NCBI RefSeq assembly: GCF_964213995.1
Contig: NW_027591652.1
Span: forward strand, 1 to 64,000
DNA: 64,000 bases
Direction of reading: 5' to 3'
DNA from: Mustelus asterias
Lineage: Eukaryota
Shown here: positions 1 to 10,972 of the stretch, one piece after another
Numbering within the stretch: position 1 is the stretch's first letter
How the letters are laid out: each line of letters opens with the position of its first letter
Translations under genes and position numbers: made by a program
The notes under the pieces: model-generated
Database searches by the model: none
Told to the model about the DNA's origin: nothing
What the model saw: only the letters and a program-made list of their open reading frames with translations

Positions 1-704
1 GAGATTGTGTNNNNNNNNNNNNNNNNNNNNNNNNNNNNNNNNNNNNNNNNNNNNNNNNNNNNNNNNNNNNNNNNNNNNNNNNNNNNNNNNNNNNNNNNNN
101 NNNNNNNNNNNNNNNNNNNNNNNNNNNNNNNNNNNNNNNNNNNNNNNNNNNNNNNNNNNNNNNNNNNNNNNNNNNNNNNNNNNNNNNNNNNNNNNNNNNN
201 NNNNNNNNNNNNNNNNNNNNNNNNNNNNNNNNNNNNNNNNNNNNNNNNNNNNNNNNNNNNNNNNNNNNNNNNNNNNNNNNNNNNNNNNNNNNGTGAGTGT
301 GTGAGAGAGAGTGAGTGTGTGTGAGAGAGTGTGTGTGTGTGTGAGAGTGTGTGTGAGTGTGAGAGAGAGTGTGACAGTGTGTGTATGAATACCTCGTGTG
401 AGTGTGTGTATGAAAGATAGACTGAGTGTGTGTGCAAGGGAGAGATGAGTGAGTGTGTAATGAGCGGGGGGGTGGAGTGAGTGAATGTGAGTGTGTGTGA
501 GAGCGTGTGAGGGAGTATTTATGTGTGTGTTGATGAGAGTGTGTTAAAGCGAGTGTTTCCGAGAGAGTGAATGTGTGTGTGAGATGTGTGTGTGTTTGAG
601 TGTGTGTGTGTAAGTGTGTAATAGGGAGTGAGTGTACAAAGTGAGTAAGTGTATAAGAGTGAGTGAGTGCGAGCAGGACAGTGCATGAGTGTTAAGTTTC
701 AGTT

Positions 705-990
705 TATCTACTAGTGTGACAAGTAGGGTTACATTAACACTGCAATGAAGTTACTGTGAGAATCCCCTAGTCGCCACACTCCGGCGCCTGTTCGGGTCAC
801 ACTGAGGGAGAATTTAGCACGGCCAATGCACCCTAACCAGCACATCTTTCAGACTGTGGGAGGAAACCGGAGCACCCGGAGGAAACCCACGCAGACACGG
901 GGAGAACGTGCAGACTCTGCACAGACAGTGACCCAAGCCGGGAATCAAACCCGGGTCCCTGGCGCTGTGAGGCAGCAGTGCTAACCACCG
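705..990 (-). mobile_element. HE1-like tRNA-derived shark SINE
   Basis: Reverse complement GGTTAGCACTGCTGCCTCACAGCGCCAGGGACCCGGGTTTGATTCC (A/B-box-like head) and GTGGGTTTCCTCCGGGTGCTCCGGTTTCCTCCCACAG core. Confidence 0.9.
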
Positions 991-3139
991 GTGATAAGGG
1001 GGAGAGTTAACAGAAAGCAGCTGGTGAGAATATACTGGCCGGTTTTAATTTAATCCAAATTAATGAATTAGAAACTTTTAACCTCAGGAATTGACATCCG
1101 AGGATTTCAGTTTAAAATCCCATTGAAGCTCCGTGTCTCATAATGGGATGTTTTTGTCTGTATTTAGTAATTAGTGACTTCATATCTCACAGCGAGATAA
1201 ATAAAACTTTTTTCCAATTGATAGGGACAGCTCAATGGACAAAACTGGTGTGAGAAAGGGGCAAATCCTTTGAAAATGGAGGCAGAGAGGAGGCTTTGTT
1301 CAACTCCCATTCTTTCCCTGTCTTCAGCAGGCTGGGCAGGAAGTGTGAGCAGAGAGGGGGGGATAGACAGACACACACTGACACAATCCCCCCAATCCAC
1401 TCACTCACACATCCCCATTCCCCCTCCACTCGCTGGGTTGTGGGGAGCGGCTGCAAGGATTTTCAGGGCTGCTGTGGGGGGGTCAGGGGGTTTTTGAAAT
1501 GGACGAACACGACCTACAGGGGAAAAGAAATAAAGTTTGAAACTAAACTAAAGAAACTAAAGGCAGGAGATTGCAGAATCCATTGCCTCCCTGCATTAAC
1601 ATATCAATAGTCAGTCTGACATTGCCACAAACTCCTCTGGGGTGAGAGGGGGAGGGGGGGTGAATTAGCATCTCAATAGAGAGACAGACATTGCAGACAT
1701 GTCAGAGACTCAGGGTGGGGTTTGCATCCAGCACACTCAGGATAAATGTGAATCTGAGAGCCTTCAGTCTCCACACCAATAATCCCCCTGCACTGAAAAC
1801 ATTCCCACTCTGATTCAGTGTGTGTGTGTGTGTCTCAATCTGCGTTTTTACCTGTGCTTTGCTTGTGTGGACATGATGCTGAATGGACTTGAATGGAAAT
1901 GCTGGACTCCTCGCTGTGATATGTTGTGTGTCTTATTGTTAAAATGGCCTTGTCTCTTTTTCTCTCTCTTTTTAACCAATTTTTATCTCTTTTTCTCCTG
2001 AGGAATTTTGAAAACTGGGGATGTGTCGAGGATCCAAAGGACGGGAATGTTTGTGACCAGGACGAGGGAGAGGAGCTTCTTCCAGAGGGAGGGCTGACTG
2101 AGGCCTGTTGCTCAGGCTTCATCCCGAGTGAGTTGTGTCTGTTTATTAACCTGATCCAGATTTAATGTTTCATATCAGAGGGAGCGAGATCTGAATGAGA
2201 GTGGAATAGAGAGAGAGAGAGAGAAACACACAGGGAGGGAACTGTCTCAATCTCTTTAGTCTCTGCTTTACAACTGACTTGTTGTGTTTGGGTGTTACTG
2301 AGAGATTGTGTAACTGAGGGGAGATCCTGGGTTTTTTGCTGTGCTATGTAATTTAAATATTTTCTTGTATTTTAATTATTTTCTCTCTCTTTCCCCAAGA
2401 ATTAATATTTAGATTTTACTGAGAGATTGTGTAACTGAGAAGGGGGAATCCTGGCCTCTTGTGCTATTTAATTTAAAGAATTCTTGTATTTTAATTTATT
2501 ATTTTCTCTTCTCCCCAGGAATTTGAATTTTGAAGACTGCAATGTGACTCGGAATCCTTGGACAAGGGGCTTTTCTCCAGAGGAGGATGGATGGACTGAA
2601 GCCTGTTCTATAGGCCGCAAGTGAGTTGTCGTCTCTTTATTCCCCTGATCCAGGTTTAATTTTAATCTCGCTTCCTCGGATGAACCAGTTCTGGTTCGAT
2701 TGTGGGGTGTGGGGGGGCAGCTGGAGTTTGAAACCCTGGGGTTAAAATATCCCGGCTTTGCAGTTAGTCAGAAACAGGTTAACCCTTTGCTGGGTGGCAG
2801 AGAGTAAATTAAATGTCTGTAATATGAAGCTGTCTCAAAGTTAGTTTTAAATCCAAGATAACAGGGATGGGAGACAGAGCGCTGTTCCTAATTGTTGAAT
2901 AAAATTCATAGAGGCCTTTATAATTCAGTTTTCAGATGTTCAGACTTTCATTGTGTCCTCTCTGCAGCTTTTCCGCCATTCTGTCTATTTCTCTCTGCTT
3001 TCTCTCTCTCTTTCTCTCCCTTTCCTTCCTCTATCTGTCTCTCTTTTTTATTCCCTCTCTCTCCCTCTTTTTCCCAGGAAGTCATATTTTGTTGGACAAT
3101 CTCTCAGTAAAATCTGAGAACGGGGAATCCTGGGCTCTT

Positions 3140-3480
3140 CATAGAAATCATAGAAACCCTACAGTACAGAAAGAGGCCATTCGGCCCATCGAGTCTGCAC
3201 CGACCACAATCCCACCCAGGCCCTACCCCCATATCCCTACATATTTTACCCGCTAATCCCTCTAATCTACGCATCCCAGGACACTAAGGGGCAGTTTTAG
3301 CATGGCCAATCAACCTAACCCGCACATCTTTGGACTGTGGGAGGAAACCGGAGCACCCGGAGGAAACCCACGCAAGCACGAGGAGAATGTGCAAACTCCA
3401 CACAGACAGTGACCCAAGCCGGGAATCGAACCCAGGTCCCTGGAGCTGTGAAGCAGCAGTGCTAACCACTGTGCTACCGT
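3140..3480 (-). mobile_element. HE1-like SINE inserted in one ~120-bp repeat unit
   Basis: Full head, core and CR1-like tail; empty site CTCTT|GTGCT in sister units. Confidence 0.92.
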
Positions 3481-5018
3481 GCTATTTAATTTAAACATTT
3501 TCTGGTATTTTAATATATTTCTCTCTCTTTTACCCAAGAATTAATATTTAGATTTTACTGAGAGATTGTGTAACTGAGAAAGGGGAATCCTGGTCTCTTG
3601 TGCTATTTAATTTCAACATTTTCTTGTATTTAAATTAATTATATTCTATCTCTTCCCAAGGAATTCATATTTAGTTAAACAATCTCTCAGTGAAATCTTA
3701 GAAGGGGGAATCCTGGGCTCTTGTGCTATTTAATTTAAACATTTTCTTGTACTTTAATTAATTATTTTCTCTTCTCCCCAGGAATTTGAATTTTGAAGAC
3801 TGCAACATGACTCGGAATCCTTGGACAAGGGGCTTTTCTCCAGAGGAGGATGGATGGACTGAGGCCTGTTCTATAGGCCGCATGTGAGTCATCGTCTCTT
3901 TATTACAGGGATGGGAGACAGACTGCTGTTCCTAATTGTTGAATAAAATTCACAGAGGCCTTTACAATTCAGTTTTCAGAAGTTCAAAATTTCATTTCGT
4001 CCTCTCTGCAGCTTTTCCCCCATTCTGTCTATTTCCTCTCTGCTTTCTCTCTCTCCATCCCTTTCCTTCCTCTATCTGTCTCTCTTTTTTATTCCCTCTC
4101 TCTCTCCCTCTTTTTCCCAGGAAATAATATTTTGTTGGACAATCTGTCAGTAAAATCTGAGAAGGGGGAATCTTGGGCTCTTGTGCTATTTAATTTAAAC
4201 ATTTTCTGGTATTTTAATATATTTCTCTCTCTTTTACCCAAGAATTAATATTTAGATTTTACTGAGAGATTGTGTAACTGAGAAAGGGGAATCCTGGGCT
4301 CTTGTGTATTAAATTTAAACATTTTCTTGTATTTAAATTAATTATATTCGATCTCTTCCCAAGGAATTAATATTTAGTTGGACAATCTCTCAGTGAAATC
4401 TTAGCTCTTGTGCTAAACATTTTCTTGTATTTTAATTAATTATTTTCTCTTCTCCCCAGGAATTTGAATTTTGAAGACTGCAATGTGACTCAGAATCCTT
4501 GGACAAGGGGCTTTTCTCCAGAGGAGGATGGATGGACTGAGGCCTGTTCTTTAGGCCGCAAGTGAGTTGTCGTCTCTTTATTACCCTGATCCAGGTTTAA
4601 TTTTAATCTCGCTTTCTTGGACGAACCAGTTCTGGTTCGATTGTGGGATGGGGTGGGGTGGAGTTTAAAACCCTGGGGTTAAAATATCCCGGCTTTGCAA
4701 TTAGTCACAAACAGGTTAACCCTTTGCTGGGTGGCAAAGAGTAAATTAAATATCTGTAATATGAAACTGTCTAAAAGTTTGATGCAAATCCAAAATAACA
4801 GGGGTGGGAGAGAGTGATTTACCCGAATGTTAAATAAGATTCACAGAGGACATTACAATTCAATTTTCTGAAGTTCAGCCATTACATTTATCTTCCCCTC
4901 TGCAGCTTTCTTCCCCATTCTATTTCGCTCTGCTTTTCTCTCTGTCTCTCTCTCCAGTATTTTTCCCCTATCTTCAGCTTTCTCTCCCTTCCTGTTTCTT
5001 TCCATTCATCTCTCCCTC

Positions 5019-5220
5019 TCGAGCATTCTTCCATATCTGTCCATCACTCACCAGAATGTCTCTCTCTCCCTCTCGAGCATTCTTCCATATCTGTCTATCA
5101 CTCTCCAGAATGTCTCTCTCTCGAGCGTTCTTCCATATCTGTCCATCACTCTCCAGAATGTCTCTCTCCGTCGAGCATTCTTCCATATCTGTCTTTCACT
5201 CTCCAGAATGTCTCTCTCTC
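5019..5220. repeat. ~50-bp tandem repeat x4 (TCGAGCATTCTTCCATATCTGTCCATCACTCTCCAGAATGTCTCTCTC)
   Basis: Visible tandem copies. Confidence 0.85.
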
Positions 5221-7126
5221 TCTCTGGCTCCATCTTCCTTTGTGTCTCTTTAAACCTTTAATCAACAAAAACTGTGTTATTGTAAACAGGGAGACAGGAA
5301 TATGGCATCGCTCATTTCAATGCAGAGTACATGAGAGAGAGGGAAAGAAACAGCTATGGACAGAGACAACGAGTGAGAAAGAGAGGGGACAGGGACAAGG
5401 ATCTAGACAGGAACATCCATCTTTACACTGAGTGAGAGAGACAGGAGCAGAGGGAGAAAAGAGAGGGAGATAGTGAAAGGGAGATGGAGGGAGTTGTAGA
5501 AACCAATCCCGGGAGGGCGATTTTAAAAAGTGTCCCGAAGGAATCAGCAGCCCCTTCCCAAACTGAAAGAGGGAGATGAGCAGCTCCTGGAGTCTGAGAG
5601 GGAGACAGGGATGGACTGGGGGGTTGTGGATATTTGAATTCAGTTTTAGGAGATTCTGTTTGTAGACTTCTCTCTCTCTGTTCATGCCATTCTGATGTTT
5701 CTGAGAGATTGTGTAACTGAGAAGGGGGAATCCTGCGTTTTGGTGAGATTTAATTTCAATGGTTTCTTGTATTTAATTAATTTTCTCTCTCTTTTCCCCA
5801 AGAATTCATATCTAGTTAGACAATCTCTCAGTAAAATCTGAGAAGGGGAATCCTGGGCTCTTGTGCTATTTAATTTAAATATTTTCTTGTATTTTAATTA
5901 ACTATTTTCTCTCTTCTCCCCAGGAATTTGAATTTTGAAGACTGCAACGGGACTCGGAATCCTTGGACAAGGGGCTTTTCTCCAGAGGAGGATGGATGGA
6001 CTGAAGCCTGTTCTATAGGCTGCAAGTGAGTTGTTGTCTCTTTATTATCCTGATCCAGGTTTAATTTTAATCTTGCTTCCTCGGATTCGATTGTGGGGAG
6101 GGGGGGCTGGAGTTTGAAACCCTGGGGTTAAAATATCCCGGCTTTGCAATTAGTCGCAAACACGTTAACCCTTTGGTGGGTGGCAGAGTAAATTATGTAT
6201 GAAACTGTCTATAAGTTTGCTTTAAATCTAAAATAACAGGGGTCGGAGACAGAGCAATGAACCTAATTGTTGAATAAAATTCACAGAGGCCTTTACAATT
6301 CAGTTAACAGATGTTCAGATTTTCATTTCATCCTCTCCACAGCTTTTCCCCCATTCTGTCTATTTCTCTCTGCTTTTCTCTCCATTTCCTTCCTCTCTCT
6401 GCCTCTCTTTATTCTCTCTCTCTCCCTCTTTTTCCCAGGAATTAATATTTAGTTGGACAATCTCTCAGTAAAACCTGGAAAGGGGCAATCCTGGGATTTT
6501 GTGCTGTGTAATTTTCATTCTGGGTGTCCCGGGGGGTTTGATTTCACTGTCTCAGCCCCTCTCTGCCTCACTCTCTCTGTATAAACTTTTCCCAAATTAC
6601 AAAACACTCAACACAGCTGACTGCACCTTGTGGGATCTTGCTGGGGATTTTGTTTTAAAAAGGGGTGTTTTCTCAGAGGCAGTTTAAACCTTTCAGGGGA
6701 CTGCGGGGAAGTCTCCAGACTTGGGACAACACACACACAGGGTTGGGGGCTGGGGTTGGCGGGCGGGGAGGTGGGCAGTCAGGTATACTGGTATTCTGGG
6801 AGACTGATATTCCCAACAAGGGCCAGAGGTCTCAGTGCTGAAACATATTAAACTGTTCAAACAGAGGCAGGCAGAAAGCCATGAGGCTTCAGAGCTCCCT
6901 GTAGATGCAAAGGTAACTCTGTCAAAAAGTAGCCACATGTGAACTGGAAACACCTTCCCTCAGCTTGTTACACACTGACCTTTCCACAACCCCAACATGT
7001 TTACAAACACTCGCTGCAGTTTCTGCAAACTTTGTATCAAACTGCCTCCCACTCTGCTCAATACTGACCCCCTCTCAACCTGGCACTGAACTAGTGTCTG
7101 AATTGAGACAGAGACACACAGACAGA

Positions 7127-7430
7127 GGTTTTAAAGTTGAAAGTTTTAAAGTTTGATTATTAGTGTCACAAGTAAGGCTTACATTAACACTGCAATGAAG
7201 TTACTGAGAGAGACAGAGACACACAGAGACAGAGACATAGATAAAGAGACAGAGAGGATATTTAAAGTTTTAAAGTTTGTTTATTCGTGTCACAAGTAAG
7301 GCTTACATTAACGCTGCAGTTACTGAGAGAGACAGAAAGAGAGAGTTTTTAAAGTTGAAAGATTTAAAGTTTATTTCTTAGTGTCACAAGGCTTACATTA
7401 ACACTGCAATGAAGTTAGTGAGAAAGACAG
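7127..7430 (-). repeat. Three tandem copies of a SINE 3' tail plus GA tract
   Basis: TTATTAGTGTCACAAGTAAGGCTTACATTAACACTGCAATGAAGTTACTG-like unit repeated three times. Confidence 0.75.
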
Positions 7431-8171
7431 AGATAGAGGGAGCATCCAGAGTGGGTTCAGTAACACATTTATTGATCAGATATCTCTCTCTGTGACTCTT
7501 TAGCGATGAGATATTCAGCCAGGATGGTTTCACTGACCCTCTTCAGCAGGCAGATATTCCCAAATCCAGCCTAGGTCTCAGACACACACACACACACACC
7601 ACTCACACATTCCCTCTGCTCTGTCCAAGGGAATATTTTAATCCAGGAATTTCTATTTTATATTTACAGGGTGAGGGGGGGGGAGAAACTCAACTCAAAA
7701 ATCCTGCAGTCTCTCCAAGCTGCTTTTAAATTTCAATTCAAACCCTGGGCCACATGGGAAGCTGCAGAGATTGGGAAACTTACCAAACCCAGTTTGTGTG
7801 TGTGAGTGTCTGCAGCTTTTGTGTCTTTGAACTTGCGAGGGTGCCAGGGGGAGAATGTCACTGTCTTCACCTCTCTCTCTGCCTCTCTGTATAAAAAAAT
7901 CACCAAATTAAACCACACTCAATAATGCGACCATACACAATTAATTATCAAATATCTGTCTCTCTCGCTTTATCTCTGTCTCTCCCCGTCTCTCTCTCTC
8001 CCTGTCCTCTCTCTCCCTGTCTCTTCTCGAGCAGAAACAGATGGAGACAGAGAGGCAGGGAGAGAGAGGAAGAGGGAGGGATGGAAACAGCTAGAGTTGT
8101 GGGTTAGATGCAGGGGGAGAGACACAGGCTGTTAGAGGGAGGGGGGTTTCAGTGAGGGACAGGGTCTCCAG

Positions 8172-9010
8172 TTTAATTCTGAGGGTCCTGAGAGGGGGAT
8201 TTCACTGTCTCAGCCCCTCTCTGGCTCCCTCACTCTGTATAAACAATTCCCAAATTTAAAAAACGCTCAACACAGCTGACTGCACTTTGTGGGATCTTGC
8301 TGTGCACCACAGGGATTTTAGTTTTAAAATGGGTTACTTTTAAGAGGAAGTTCTGGCCTTTCTGGAGATTTGGGATGATGCAGACACACACACAGACACA
8401 CACAGGGTAGTGAGTGGGGAAGGGGGCTCACAGCAGGCAAGAGAGTGGGGGAGGGGTGGGGGGAGGACTGTGTCCCATCTGATTCAGGTTCACATTGCTG
8501 CTGCTACTGTGGGATCTTGCTGTGCACACACTGGGCCTGTGGCCTTTGCCTGCACAGCAACAGCGCCCACACTTTTTATTTTCAAACAAAATCTGGCTCA
8601 GGGACCGCAAAGTGGGTTCAAGGAAAAAGCTTGAAAAGGGGTCGGGTCAATTCAAGCACTTTAATCACCGAGGCATCGTAGGCTCTTGAGCAAGTGCTGG
8701 GGAATGGGAGGAGGATAGATTGGGATTTGATGGCCAGCATGGAGCTGGTGGGCCGAAGGGCCTGTTTCTGTGCTGTGTGACTCCAGATTCTTTTCTCTCT
8801 CTCTTTTCCCAGGAATTTCTATTTGGATGGGGGGGGGGGTATAGAATTTCTCTGTCTCTCCAGTGTTCTTACCAATCCCAGCACCCCTCCCCTCCCCTCT
8901 CTCTCTCCCCAGACATTCCTGTCTATATTTCATCTTTCAATAAAATGTTTAAGAAAACACCAATGTGAATTGTTGTCAATTTAATTTGGGAAGAGAGAGA
9001 GAGAGAGAGA
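8172..9010 (+). repeat. Local segmental duplicate, paralogous to ~14040-14900
   Basis: Collinear shared sequence. Confidence 0.8.
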
Positions 9011-10972
9011 GGAGTGGATCCCATTTCCCACACACTCTCCTGCAGTCCTCACCCACAACATTTATTTAATCTGGCCCTCACCAGGTTGTGTGTGTGGGAT
9101 CTTGCTGTGCACACAGGTGGGTCTGGCTCCCTATTCCTCGCACTGTGACCGTGAGCAGAACTTTAAACAGGAAAGATTGAGGGGAAGGAGAAGGGTTGGG
9201 GAGGCGGAGGAGGCAGAGAGAGAGATAGAGAAATGGAGGGAGAGCTAAACAGAGAGGGGGTGGGGGAGGTGTGAGAGGGTCTCAGGAGGGGCAGGGGGAA
9301 AGAGACACAGAGTCTGGGGGTGTCCTCCTCCACTGTGGGACTGGCAGTGGGATCTTGCTGTGCAGAATTACCTTCATTGTCATTTGAATCATTCATTCAT
9401 TGACTAAGGGAGGGTGGGTGTGTGATTGTGGGATTATAAATATTGTTACCACTCTGAGGTGATGTTTCCCTCTGCGCTATTTTGTAACCCCCTAAAGGGA
9501 TACACCTCGCCTCGTAATCTTAAATAAGTGTGTGAGAGACAGGAGGAAGCGACTGGTTTTAGACATTCAATCCCTACAGTGCAGAAGGAGGTCATTCGGC
9601 CCATCTAGTCTGTACCGACCACAATCCCACCCAGGCCCTATTCCCGTCACCCCACACTTTTAACCTGCTAATCCCCCTGACACTGGGGTCAATTTAACAC
9701 GGCCAATCCACCCAACCCGCACAGCTTTGGACTGTGGGAGAAATTGGTAAATTAAAGCAAGATCTGACACTCTCTCCATCAGGAACAACCAAACAGGTCT
9801 TTAATTTAGACTGGGTGACAACCTTATTAAAACAATGAACAAACTGAATAAACTCCCCAGTAGAATGCTGTTCCAAGGACAAGACTCACTCAGGAATAAT
9901 GAAATAAATCATTACAGAATAGAGTCACCCTCGAATAACCAGGCGTCTGTTGGAAGTGTGAACTTGCTTCTGCTGCTTGGGTCTGGAATACTTTCTGAGT
10001 TGGTTTCTGCTTCTATTTAGATGGTGATGTGATGAAGCTGTATATATTACTGCAGGATTCAGTATCAGACTCTCCCCCCTTCAATCTAAAGAGGCAGCAA
10101 GGTCGCTCCCTCCCCGTTATTTCCCCCTGTCCCGGGTTTAAATACCCAGAATTTCCTCACAGTATTCCTGCAATTTGAGTGGCTTGAGGCTGTCACCAAC
10201 GCCCCAATTTGAATGCAATTGGTTGTGTGTGTTTGGGAGCTTGTTTTAAAATCATTGGTCCAGTTCAAAGCCTGTTTTGCTCTGCTGGGACTCTGGCTGC
10301 TGCTTTGGACACAAATGTTGTAAAGTTGTCTTCTGTAGCCTGCTTTCTGCAGTTTAAAATCCCCAGCACAGAGACACAGGCTTTCTAAAGACACAACGCT
10401 GGATGGTTCGTTTTGGTTTTCTCAGCATTTCTATTCAATATTTACATTTGTCAAACACCACATTTTTAACCTGATATACGCAACTTCATAACAATATTAG
10501 ACAGGGAGAGAGAGATCGGGAGAGACAGAGAGAAAGTCACACAAAGAGAGAGAGAGACAGGGAGACAGAGAGAGAGAGAGAGTCACATGGAGTAATGAGG
10601 ATGGGGCCTGGATGGGAATGTGGTTGGTGTAGACCTGATGGGCCGAATGGCCTCCTTCTGTACTGTAGGATTCTATGATTCTGTAATGGGGGCTGCGTGC
10701 GGTGTGAGGGGAGGGTGGAAGGGGACAGGGGGTGGGGGAAGCACAGGTTCCCTTTTCCCCCCTCCCTCCTCCCAGGCCCTGTCCGGGAGGTTTCGGGGCT
10801 GGAGGGGATTGTTCTGGTGAACTGCCCGGGGCCTGGGGAACCTGTTCTTTGTCCAGGATGTATAATGCAGCCTCTGTGACCAGGCCTCAATCCCAGGCCT
10901 AACCTCAGGAAGGCTTTTGCATTTTGCTCCTTTTCCAAACAGTGCCTGTGTTTAAATCGATGGGACTCGACG

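Larger units (their letters stand above)
2519..6025 (+). other. Tandem array of four 102-nt exon-like units (2519-2620, 3782-3883, 4460-4561, 5924-6025)
   Basis: Each has a polypyrimidine-CCCCAG acceptor and a GTGAGT donor, with a single open frame NLNFEDCNxTRNPWTRGFSPEEDGWTEACSIGRK (phase 2-2). Confidence 0.6.
2290..6520 (+). repeat. Dispersed/tandem ~120-bp intron-like repeat (GAGAAGGGGAATCCTGGGCTCTTGTGCTATTTAATTTAAAC...CCCA(A/G)GAATT), about 11 copies
   Basis: Directly visible recurring unit; the motif is also at window position 1-10. Confidence 0.85.

Noticed and set aside
5540-5580. FGKG motif on the minus strand as a J segment
   Set aside because: No upstream 12-RSS, no T-x-L/V-x-V ending and no splice donor
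7465-7570. Minus-strand terminal-exon-like frame ending at AATAAA (AGFGNICLLKRVSETIL...)
   Set aside because: Poor acceptor, no recognisable homology and no partner exon
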